NCBI RefSeq assembly: GCF_001194135.2
Contig: NC_068986.1
Location: 1,833,568-1,879,475, forward strand
Direction: 5' to 3'
Length of the DNA: 45,908 bases
From: Octopus bimaculoides
Taxonomy: Eukaryota
The translations under genes were made by a program, and so were the position numbers. A model generated the notes under the pieces. The model was not told the origin of the DNA. It did no database searches and saw nothing but the letters and a program-made list of their open reading frames with translations. Below are positions 36,492 through 45,908 of this stretch, one piece after another (the first letter of the stretch is position 1; the number at the start of each line of letters is the position of its first letter).

Positions 36492-39395
36492 TCAGTCACA
36501 ATCAGACTCATCAGACAACAAGTTCACAACATCATTTAAGACTTTCTGTTTTTCTTTACATATTATTTGACTCGTTACAAAAATGCATTTTGACTTTCCA
36601 GGATGCTTTACTTGAATATGTTTCAAAATTTGCTGTCGTTGACTATTTTTAGCCTCACAGTGCGGACAGTGCACATATTTCAGCAAGTTCAGTTGCAAGT
36701 GCTGCAAGAGCTCAGCACTACATTGAAATATGAGGCCACAATATGCGCAGCAGAATTCTTTCTCCTCTGAGTGAACGGAATCATTGTGTTGTACAAACAT
36801 TTTGACAAGATTTGTGTTAAAACCACAAAGGGAACAAGAATAAAGAAGAAACATGTCTGTAGAGACATGAGTAGATAAGTGTTTTAAAAAGCAGTCAATA
36901 ACTGGAAATGCTTGGCCACAGTGTGCACAAACATAATCCTTTTTCTGTTTACTATGTACACAACGTAAATGCTCTACAAATTCATCTTGCACAAGGCTAG
37001 AAAAAGAACAATTTGAAAATCCACATATATAAAAGTTCCCACCATAGAGTTCATTTTTCTCTTTAGGATAGAGATTTACATTAATACTGGTAGTCTTTAA
37101 ATCGAGTGGCTCTGTTTTTATTTTAGTAACATTGTCAACATTTGAAGAAACTACTAAATTAGATTCCTCAGATGTGGACTCTTTTTTTGATATCACATTT
37201 GAATGTGGAGATTCCACAATCAACTTCCCAGATTCAGGTTCAGTTACTCTGGATAAATTATTTTCAGCAGGTTCAAACACTGTTCTATCATCAATCACAA
37301 TCGCATTAGAATCTAATGTTTTCTTTACAGACTCCAAAGTACTCTTAAGTGATTGTTGAGACGGTTTACTTGACTCCAAACAGTCACCAGACAAAGGCTC
37401 CACCAGATCCAAGTCAATAAACGTTCCATCTGATAGATTCCTCTCGACATCTCTCACAGACCAAACTGCTTCCACCTTAATGTTGTTGCCACAATCTGAC
37501 TGGTCAGGCATTTCTTCCTTTTCACCTGGTTGGAATAATAGCTTTGGATAAATCTCAGGTTTATGTCCAAGTAGTTTAGAAATTGTTTTATTGTTTATGA
37601 GTAAACTGTTGTAGGAAGTAGCAGGAGTCTGTTCCAAATATTTTGAAGTATTTTTGTCGGAAGAATTTGGTTTCAATTTTGGTTTGTAGACATTGATGCC
37701 AATTACACTTTGGTTTGACACAGGAGGGTTCGTTTTAGGTGCATCAGTCACCATAGTCTTATACGTGTAAATATTATTAGATGACGACACACTAGGAGAA
37801 ACTACATTCGAGTTGGTTGTCAGTGAATTAGACTGAACATTAGAGGGTGGGATATTTGATGGAGAATATATGTTTGAATAAGGTGTAGTTGCAATAAGAT
37901 TCATTACACCAGGCTCCAAAGATTGAGGGAATTTTGCATATGGCAGTATTTTGTATTTGGCAGTATTAACTGGTGAAACTACAGGTAGAGTAGGTGTTAC
38001 CAAATTAGGGGGAATAAAAAATCCTAAAATGTCTTGATTTTGGTTATTAACCTGAACATTGGTTGCAAGTGCATATGGAGCAAGGGAAGTGGTAGTTGCA
38101 GTTGGAACATTGGAAGCAAATGCCTTTGTAGCAGATGATTCAGTCACAGAAGTGAGAGGAACTGAACTTACAGGTATTTGTTTGTTTGAAGATCCAAAGA
38201 GAAGTGACTGGTAACCAAAAGAATTGACTGCGCCTGGAATAGTAATAATAATAGGTGACACAGCTTCAGAAACTTTGGCTGAAACTGGAGGACTCTGAAC
38301 TTCAGGTGTAGCACAAACGATTTGAAAATTCTGTGTCGAAGGTGTTTGTAAAGTGCCTAAATAATTTTTTCGTAATATATTTGGCAATATATTTGGCAAT
38401 AAAACAGGAGATTTCTTCTGAAGAGTTGCATATTTTTTCTGATTGGGTGAGTAAGACATTTGCTTTTGTGAAAGATTAACAGGTGCAGCTGTTGCAGGTG
38501 ATAAAATAGCAGGTGAATCACTTTTTGAAGATCCAGTAGAGGTTTTTTCCTTGTTGTGCTTGGCCATCTCTTGAGATGGAGTGTCAGTCGAGGCATCACT
38601 GATAATTAGAGAATTAGTTTGTCCCGGTAATCCATCTAATTTCAGTTGGCCGTCTAGTCACTTGACTGGCGGCACACACTGTTCTCTGAAGAACTGTTCC
38701 TCAAAACTCTTTCTTGGCTGACATGCCTGAAGATTATTTTTCTTTAAAATAGGGATCCGATTCAAAAATGTTTTCGCAGCAGACATACTTTTCACCATTG
38801 AAGGTGACTTTAGAGAAGACAGCTGAATGATTTCATGAGATGAGCAAGCAGTTTTGGTAGCAGTGACAGGTATAGGAGAACTTGGCTGTGGAGCAGGCGT
38901 TGAAGAGCTAATATTCTGTTGATCCACATGGGAATCAGTTACAGGAACTGATGCCACTTTCTCAGGGTTTACAATATCCTCAAAAGGAACAAGACTAAAT
39001 ATTAAATTCTTACTTGCATGTTTTACAGAATGGTGGCTTTTAATAGAAGTGACTTTAGAAAAATAGCCACGACAATGGAAGCACCGTAACAAGAAAGTAG
39101 TTGTAGCAGGAGTTTTACCTTCCAGGTATGGCTCTTCAAGTTGAAGCAGGAGTTTCTTATATTTCTTTTTATTTTCATTGTCTGGCTGATTAGTTGTAGC
39201 GATCCTTTTCTTGTTGAAAGAACGACACATTGAGATGTGTGCATCAAATAAGCCACTGTCATCTGTAGTGAATTTACAACCAGAACACCGCTGTACACCA
39301 TACTTTGACCAATCAACTGAACTCGCTGGTTTCGCTTTCGCATTATTTTCACCACTTTCTGCTGCCTTTGACTCGCCTCTCTCATTCAGATTCAT
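36492..39395 (-). CDS. Multi-zinc-finger (C2H2/C2HC) protein, 967 aa if the single in-frame TGA at 38660-38658 is read through
   Basis: ORFs 38658..39473 and 36492..38567 are in the same frame. The 90 nt between them translate without stops (LDGQLKLDGLPGQTNSLIISDASTDTPSQE). First in-frame ATG after the upstream stop is at 39395 (AAAATG). Fingers: CSGC..HISMC and CFHC..HHSVKH before the TGA; CGFSNC..HLRCVH, CAHC..HLSTH, CSLC..HNDSVH, CAYC..HLQLN (degenerate) and CPHC..HIQVKH after it, with an S/T/P-rich linker. Confidence 0.8.
38654..38660 (-). promoter_or_regulatory. UGA-CUAG leaky stop (readthrough) motif
   Basis: Minus strand reads GTC AAG TGA CTA GAC GGC. UGA CUAG is the established readthrough context of e.g. 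AQP4, OPRL1, OPRK1, MAPK10, LDHB and MDH1. Confidence 0.7.
38658..39395 (-). CDS. Short (terminated) product of the zinc-finger gene, 245 aa, two fingers
   Basis: ATG 39395 to TGA 38660-38658: MNLNERGES...EQCVPPVK*. Confidence 0.7.
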   Translation of the reverse strand: MNLNERGESKAAESGENNAKAKPASSVDWSKYGVQRCSGCKFTTDDSGLFDAHISMCRSFNKKRIATTNQPDNENKKKYKKLLLQLEEPYLEGKTPATTTFLLRCFHCRGYFSKVTSIKSHHSVKHASKNLIFSLVPFEDIVNPEKVASVPVTDSHVDQQNISSSTPAPQPSSPIPVTATKTACSSHEIIQLSSLKSPSMVKSMSAAKTFLNRIPILKKNNLQACQPRKSFEEQFFREQCVPPVK

Positions 39396-39581
39396 TTTTG
39401 GTTGTTTATTTTCTTTTACCCTTTTTCCCAACACTGTTTGCCTTCGTATCAAAAGTTTCTGTATATCTAGCACATTAGAAACTTTATCAAAACATATGTT
39501 TACTTAGACTGTTTCCAACATGTGAAGAATGGAATGACACCTTTTTCGTAAAAAAACAAATCAGTTTCCAAATAGCGGTAC

Positions 39582-39607
39582 CTGGAAAGAGAAGAAATAC
39601 AAAATAT
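39582..39607 (-). promoter_or_regulatory. 3' splice site opening the large zinc-finger exon (exon starts 39581)
   Basis: Minus strand tattttgtatttcttctctttcCAG|GTACC has a strong polypyrimidine tract. All three frames close before ATG 39395, so 39581-39396 is 5' UTR. Confidence 0.75.
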
Positions 39608-41222
39608 GAACTTTTAAAGCCAAACAAATTTGACAGAAATTTAAAAAATTAAATTATCACTCATAGAAAACTATGCCAAACAATATTCATGAAGTGTATA
39701 TATATTAAAAATATAGTTTAACACCCCCACACACATACCACCACCAATACCGGAAATCTTGCTTATCTAACTGGAAATCCCCTTCCATACTGGTAGTCTC
39801 CTCTCTCATTACCAGCGATCTCACCCATGGCCCCCACTTCTCTCTCTCTCTTGCCCGGGACTAACCTAACCAGATAGCAACCCACCCATTTACTTAATCT
39901 AACATTGACATATTTACATTCATATTTATGTTTCATATTTATATTTGCAGCACCAGTAATGCTTGTTTTTACAATGCTCATAACACTTTCATTTACAATG
40001 TTTCCTTCTCTTACCCCCAGCAGGGACATGTTTCAATGGTGATAAGTTAAAAACAAGAGATGGCCAAGCATAAGTTAAAAACGAGTAAGTTAAAAATAAA
40101 AGATAAAGTTATTGATGCTATATAAATCTATAAACTTTTGATAGAAACTGTTTTTGAATAATGGATGATAAACCAATAAATAAAACAATCTAAATATTGG
40201 GTCGAAAAGCCCGTTTGAACAGAGAAGTCAAAGGCTGCTTGTTGGACTCAAACCCACTTTTCCTGTGGACATGACAGACACTATCATTGGAGCACTATGG
40301 GTTCAAGTCCGTGGACAGCCAACTTCTATCTAAAAGGAATTTTCAACTCAATATCAACATACTATTTGTTTATAGCTTCATCTACTTCAAGATTCACCAT
40401 TCAAAAAAAAGATAAAGTTAATCCTGGTGGGCTCTTCTTGTTCTCCTTTTTCTTTTTTTTTTTTCTTTTTTTACACAGCCAGAACAAATACTGCAAGACA
40501 CTAATGATATTAATGACTAGCATAGTAAACAATAAACCAACAATTACTGCTTACTTTCATCAAATGGGTTTCAGAGTTTTCAAAAACAAACACTCTGGAT
40601 CGTATCAATTCCTCCAGCTCCAATATCACTTTTACTTCTCACACTAATTGAACTAGAACTTCCCCTGTTGTTTCATTTTTGCCAATGTAAACTACTTGCA
40701 GTTTCTTCAAATCCCAGATTCCTTTTTCAAGCCACAGCTCTGATGTATATAAAAATGAGTCACAAAGCAAGTATATGTTGACTGTAGCTAACTGGTAATA
40801 ATGTCTAAAATTAATGAATGTATTGAATGATTGGGTATCCCCACTTAATTTTCTTTATTATAGACAAAATATTTCTGTCATTAGTTTTAAATATTAATTT
40901 TTAAATGATGCCCTTTCTGAAAATCGAGATGAATTTTTTTTTGTTTTTTTAATTATCTTAAGTGACAATTTCGAAATATTTTGTTAAAACTGTGCATTGG
41001 TTGGATCTTTTTTAAAACGGGGGCCACATTTTTCATTAATGTTTTACGTAGTGTTTTTGGTACCGAAAGACTTTCAAACTTCGTATACTTATCTATTTTG
41101 TGTTATAGAACAGAAAAATATTTTTGTATTCGAATTTATTTCATCTAAAAAATTGTCTTATTTCGATAATTTCAACCAATCACTGACGTCCATTCAGCCG
41201 ATATACATTAAGTGCCGACTAC

Positions 41223-41942
41223 NNNNNNNNNNNNNNNNNNNNNNNNNNNNNNNNNNNNNNNNNNNNNNNNNNNNNNNNNNNNNNNNNNNNNNNNNNNNNN
41301 NNNNNNNNNNNNNNNNNNNNNNNNNNNNNNNNNNNNNNNNNNNNNNNNNNNNNNNNNNNNNNNNNNNNNNNNNNNNNNNNNNNNNNNNNNNNNNNNNNNN
41401 NNNNNNNNNNNNNNNNNNNNNNNNNNNNNNNNNNNNNNNNNNNNNNNNNNNNNNNNNNNNNNNNNNNNNNNNNNNNNNNNNNNNNNNNNNNNNNNNNNNN
41501 NNNNNNNNNNNNNNNNNNNNNNNNNNNNNNNNNNNNNNNNNNNNNNNNNNNNNNNNNNNNNNNNNNNNNNNNNNNNNNNNNNNNNNNNNNNNNNNNNNNN
41601 NNNNNNNNNNNNNNNNNNNNNNNNNNNNNNNNNNNNNNNNNNNNNNNNNNNNNNNNNNNNNNNNNNNNNNNNNNNNNNNNNNNNNNNNNNNNNNNNNNNN
41701 NNNNNNNNNNNNNNNNNNNNNNNNNNNNNNNNNNNNNNNNNNNNNNNNNNNNNNNNNNNNNNNNNNNNNNNNNNNNNNNNNNNNNNNNNNNNNNNNNNNN
41801 NNNNNNNNNNNNNNNNNNNNNNNNNNNNNNNNNNNNNNNNNNNNNNNNNNNNNNNNNNNNNNNNNNNNNNNNNNNNNNNNNNNNNNNNNNNNNNNNNNNN
41901 NNNNNNNNNNNNNNNNNNNNNNNNNNNNNNNNNNNNNNNNNN
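41223..41942. other. Assembly gap; other gaps at 6595-6712, 15525-15713, 17920-18212, 24202-24269 and 28412-28810
   Basis: N runs, mostly bordered by (TA)n or (TG)n. Confidence 1.
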
Positions 41943-41976
<34 letters not shown>

Positions 41977-42563
41977 AACTACAGGAAGAGGTCCGTGGGA
42001 AAACTCATTTAAATAAGAAAAGATCCTCGGTAGTGAAAAGATTGAGAACCACTGCATTAAGATAATGAGAGAACACAGTGCGTCTGTGGGCCAGAAGCTG
42101 GCGCGTGTCTGCTAATATAAAGAGTAAACTATTTTCTACTAAACAGTGTAGGGAAAAGTTTGAAGACAATGATGAAAAAACGCAAAAAATATAACAATAA
42201 GAGTCACTTCTATTATTACATGGAAACTGATGAGAATTTATAATTTGTTTATCCAACATAAATGTTGTTAATAATTACTGTGAGAAGCCCAGTTCTGCTT
42301 GGACAGACTTATAACATGAAGCTAAGTAGACAAAAGTAAACATTAAGATAATTTGTCCAAATATTGAGGATTTCATTGAGTTAAGGGGATACTTAGCTTT
42401 AACATTGAGCGAACCACATAAATATATAAAAGAAAAAAAAATCGTTCTCGAACTTGACGGCTAATTCTTTTACAAGCTTAAAAATGCGGAGTGTACTTCG
42501 ATAGGATGAAGCCAAAAACACTTGGGGTACTACTTTTAGCCTGTGTTGGATGGACACTAAATA

Positions 42564-42639
42564 CCGGAAATGCGTGAGTTGAGATGGATAACCATTGTAA
42601 CTTTCCAATGGTTATCCATCTCAACTCACGCATTTCCGG
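42564..42639. repeat. Perfect 34-bp inverted repeat with 8-nt spacer
   Basis: CCGGAAATGCGTGAGTTGAGATGGATAACCATTG-taactttc-CAATGGTTATCCATCTCAACTCACGCATTTCCGG. Confidence 0.95.
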
Positions 42640-44344
42640 AGGAAAATTTGAATAGTTTTAAGTTATTAGCGGGACATATTTGTAACTTACAGAAAAATGA
42701 ACAGCTGTTTAGAATAATATTAGGAGAAAATAAACAAAACAGAAGAATTGAGAAAAATTAGTTCCCTCGTAGAGAAACGACAAAATTAAAATTAAAGAAA
42801 AAAAGAGAAAACAACAACAACAACAACTAGTCGGGAACGATTTACTCAGCACCCATTGCCAGTTGGTTTGGTTGCCTAGGAAGTAAATAGTCACGTAGAT
42901 CAACAACGTATGATGAAACCACACTAAAAATAAGCAACTTGTAACAATTTACCAATATTTTCATATATTCTGTGGTGTCGTAGAACGTTAAATCTCGTCT
43001 AATCTAATCCCCACCGCAGTTCCACCATAAATGATTTATTTTGCGCGCGTTCATTTATAAATATGCAGGAATACAACGACGAATCGTTTACCATGTCGCT
43101 CAGTTGTCTACAACTAACAGTCATATTCACACACTATGGCCTTAAAAAATATAAAGATATTGTAGTGATAATGTAGTGAAGGATATGCAAAAAGAAATTA
43201 CACTGTGCATAATGTAGTTGTGATGTGATCATGGCTGAAACGCCTTTGGTCATAGAGCTGGTCACTGAGGACTGACCTAGGGCCAAACAACTTTTGAGGA
43301 GTGAGTGAAAGACAGAAAATAAACCAAGCGTAACAACAATGTATGTTCAGTTGTTCTGAGAAAACAGAATGTCTACATTGCGATCGTTTTTGCAGATCTA
43401 TAAACTTTGTTAGTGGTGGTGCTTCATCACAGCTTATTACTGTAGAATTACCATTAATTTTCATTATGTCTATATGATCTATTCCCAATGTATTTTAATT
43501 TTTCGGCTATTATCCAAAATGCACCAGGAGACATTTAACGCACTCGATCGGTTAAAATATTCACTAAATTAACAACTGTTGAAATAGTAATTCATATCGG
43601 CAATACGTAAATTATTCAACACTCAGCAATCAAAAACCTTTAGTATTTTAGTGAGACAGTTTTTATTATTGACACAGGTTTGCCTGCCCAGAAGGAAGAG
43701 GGAAGGCTCTAGGTGGTCGCTAAACCCACTACAACATACAGATCATAGAGCGTAGGAAACACTGGATAAAGTAGTCCTAGATACAACAAAAAGTAGGGAT
43801 GGACACAGCTGGACTGCCTTTCATTGTGGATGCATTTGCTTAATCAGAGCTAAACAAGAAACCACATGTCACTTAAAGCTTTGATAGATTAGATAGATAG
43901 ATAGATAGATAGATAGATATGGGAGAGACGGAGTTGTGGAAATAAGGCTTTCCAAGAGAAGGTCCATGGTACCGCGAGACAAACTAACGCCAGTTAATGT
44001 AGGATGCTGAGATAAAGGTGATACACGTTGGTTCTTATGTGTGTGTGTGAATGTATGAAACTGACGCTATTAACAATGAAATCTCGTACAAAAGGGTGGG
44101 AACTGTTACGAGACAGAATATTCAAACCAAAGCATAAATTGTCAGAAACGGTGCCCGTTCTTACTAGAACGAGTAAAAATAAACACTTTTTATTATTTCT
44201 TTTTTAAATAGATAAATACCTGAACTGATTTAAATATGCATAAAGTTTATTAGATATCGTATCAATTAAGGATTGATATTGAACATATGTAAATAAGTAT
44301 GAGTAATTAGGCTTTAATGAAGATAACGTAAAACAATGAAACAT

Positions 44345-44431
44345 ACTTACAGTGAGCAACAAACATCGGTCAGACGAGAAACTGACAACACACAAAGCAA
44401 ACGGCCTTTTATGCCACATGCTATTTATATA
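44345..44431 (-). promoter_or_regulatory. Candidate TATA box, short non-coding first exon and GTAAGT donor
   Basis: Minus strand TATATAAA at 44431-44424, TCAGTT at 44385-44380, perfect donor GTAAGT at 44350-44345. TATA-to-Inr spacing (about 46-48 nt) is longer than canonical. Confidence 0.3.
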
Positions 44432-45052
44432 GCGAGAAGAGCATGCTGACGTTTTCTTCGTTCGTTGGTCAATTTTTCCACTTACAAACGGAAGTTTATT
44501 GTTTATACATTGGTTATTAGTTTCGTATAAATATTTTTAGGAAAATATATTCCACAAATACATTTCATATTTAGTGGGATAGAAAAAAATTCCCTGAAAC
44601 ATTTTATACAGACAAACTGCTTAATAGTTTCTTTTTTATGCAAATTAATGTTTTTTTTTATGCAAATCCACTTCAACTATAAATTGCTTATTGAGCTGCG
44701 CAGAAATATTTATCTGAAAATTTATGCGCGCAGGCTTAACAGTTTGGTGAAGAATTTCGCTTAGCAACCGCATAGTTTTACGTTCAATCTCAATTTACAC
44801 GGCACATGAAGTACGTGTTTTCTTTATAGTATTGGATTAAATAAATATAAAGGAATCACAAATTCCATCAAGAAATTGGTTATGGGATTCGAAAATATAT
44901 ATTGGGAAAAGTATTCTAGTTCCGTGTTGTTGTTGTTTATTTTCAGGTTACCGCTGAACGAGCTACTCAGTTCATCGTATTTTTTCCAATTATTGTGTAC
45001 TGCGAACTTCATCGATTAACGTATCATTTTGGAATTTGTTTTACCGAGTTAT

Positions 45053-45330
45053 GCGATCTTTCGGTAATAGACACCATAACTTCCGGTCGTTGTGCGCACG
45101 CGTACTGATTACATTATCGTATAGTGTTTATGTGTTTAAAGTTTGAAAATTGTATGAATCTGAGGGGAGAAGGTTTGAGTTTAGTGGGCCATTCATTTTT
45201 TTTTTTCTATTTAATATTGTCTTTTCATATTTTCAAGTCATTTAAAAACAAACGCACTATACGACAATGTAATCAGTATGCATGCGCACATCGACCGGAA
45301 GTTATGGTAGTCTAGTACCGAAAGATCGCC
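45053..45330. mobile_element. Foldback MITE with about 100-bp TIRs and 9-bp TSD (MULE-like)
   Basis: 45053-45150 and 45232-45329 are inverted copies. CCGAGTTAT is directly repeated at 45044-45052 and 45331-45339. Confidence 0.7.
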
Positions 45331-45908
45331 CCGAGTTATTTTTAGTGGGTTGGAGGGGGCTACTTTTTCTAGTGAATCAAACGACTACGTAGAGACGCCT
45401 CCCTTTACTTTAATAATGGCAGATCTCCACGCTAAATTATTAATTTTTTTACTTTTCTGCGTCCATTTACCGCTGAGATTGGTGTTTGCTCCGACTCATT
45501 ACGTTCTGAATTCAAATTTCGCCAAGGTCTGCTTAAACTTTCAGTCCTCCAGGGTCGATATACTAGTCAAGTATTGAGTTGATATAATCAACTAAGTTAG
45601 CCATAGAAATTTGGGGGTAACTCTCCTTCATAGAAGGTAGACTTTTTTTTCTAGAAAAGAAAGTTCTTCTATAATAATAAACGCGAAATCTGTCTGTCTG
45701 GGACCTCTGTATCTCAGTCTACATTTGCTTTACGTCGACATATTATACCTATTTGGAATCAAAATGATCTGAGGATTGAAAATCTGCCTTCATTTCGTTC
45801 TTCAACATCCAGCATTGGAATCTGATTTAAAAACATTTGGGTTGCTATTTTTAGTAGGTAGAGAGTGGCTGATTCACGCCATCTTGGTTGGTGTTTGTCA
45901 GATGACAC

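Noticed and set aside
38658-38660. Selenocysteine interpretation of the in-frame TGA
   Set aside because: The codon lies in a low-complexity linker, not a redox motif, and I could not identify a SECIS. A SECISearch run on 34800-36490 would settle it.
39396-39473. ORF-track start at 39473
   Set aside because: It is a GTG. The first in-frame ATG with good context is 39395.
37132-39507. Overlapping ORFs 37132-37359, 38357-38599, 39023-39385 and 39211-39507
   Set aside because: Antisense or alternate-frame shadows of the zinc-finger CDS with no recognisable motifs.

Overview
AT-rich, microsatellite- and SINE-dense animal genomic DNA with six N-gaps. The repeat repertoire looks like an octopod cephalopod (Octopus-like); this is inferred from repeat types, not from a database hit. 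Bases 1-30 kb contain no supportable host gene. They hold tRNA-derived SINEs, Penelope-like remnants with hammerhead-ribozyme motifs in inverted repeats, a mariner split by a solo LTR, piggyBac, Tc1 and Tigger relics, and REL-type LINE 3' stubs. The one clear host gene is a minus-strand multi-zinc-finger gene in a single large exon (splice acceptor at 39582, ATG 39395, final stop 36492). Its 968-codon frame is interrupted by one in-frame TGA (38660-38658). That TGA is followed by CTAG, the canonical leaky-stop context, and by a predicted 12-bp stem-loop. It is a strong candidate for programmed stop-codon readthrough giving a 245-aa two-finger protein and a 967-aa seven-finger protein. A 63-nt intron, A-to-I stop editing, reinitiation or a sequence error remain alternatives.
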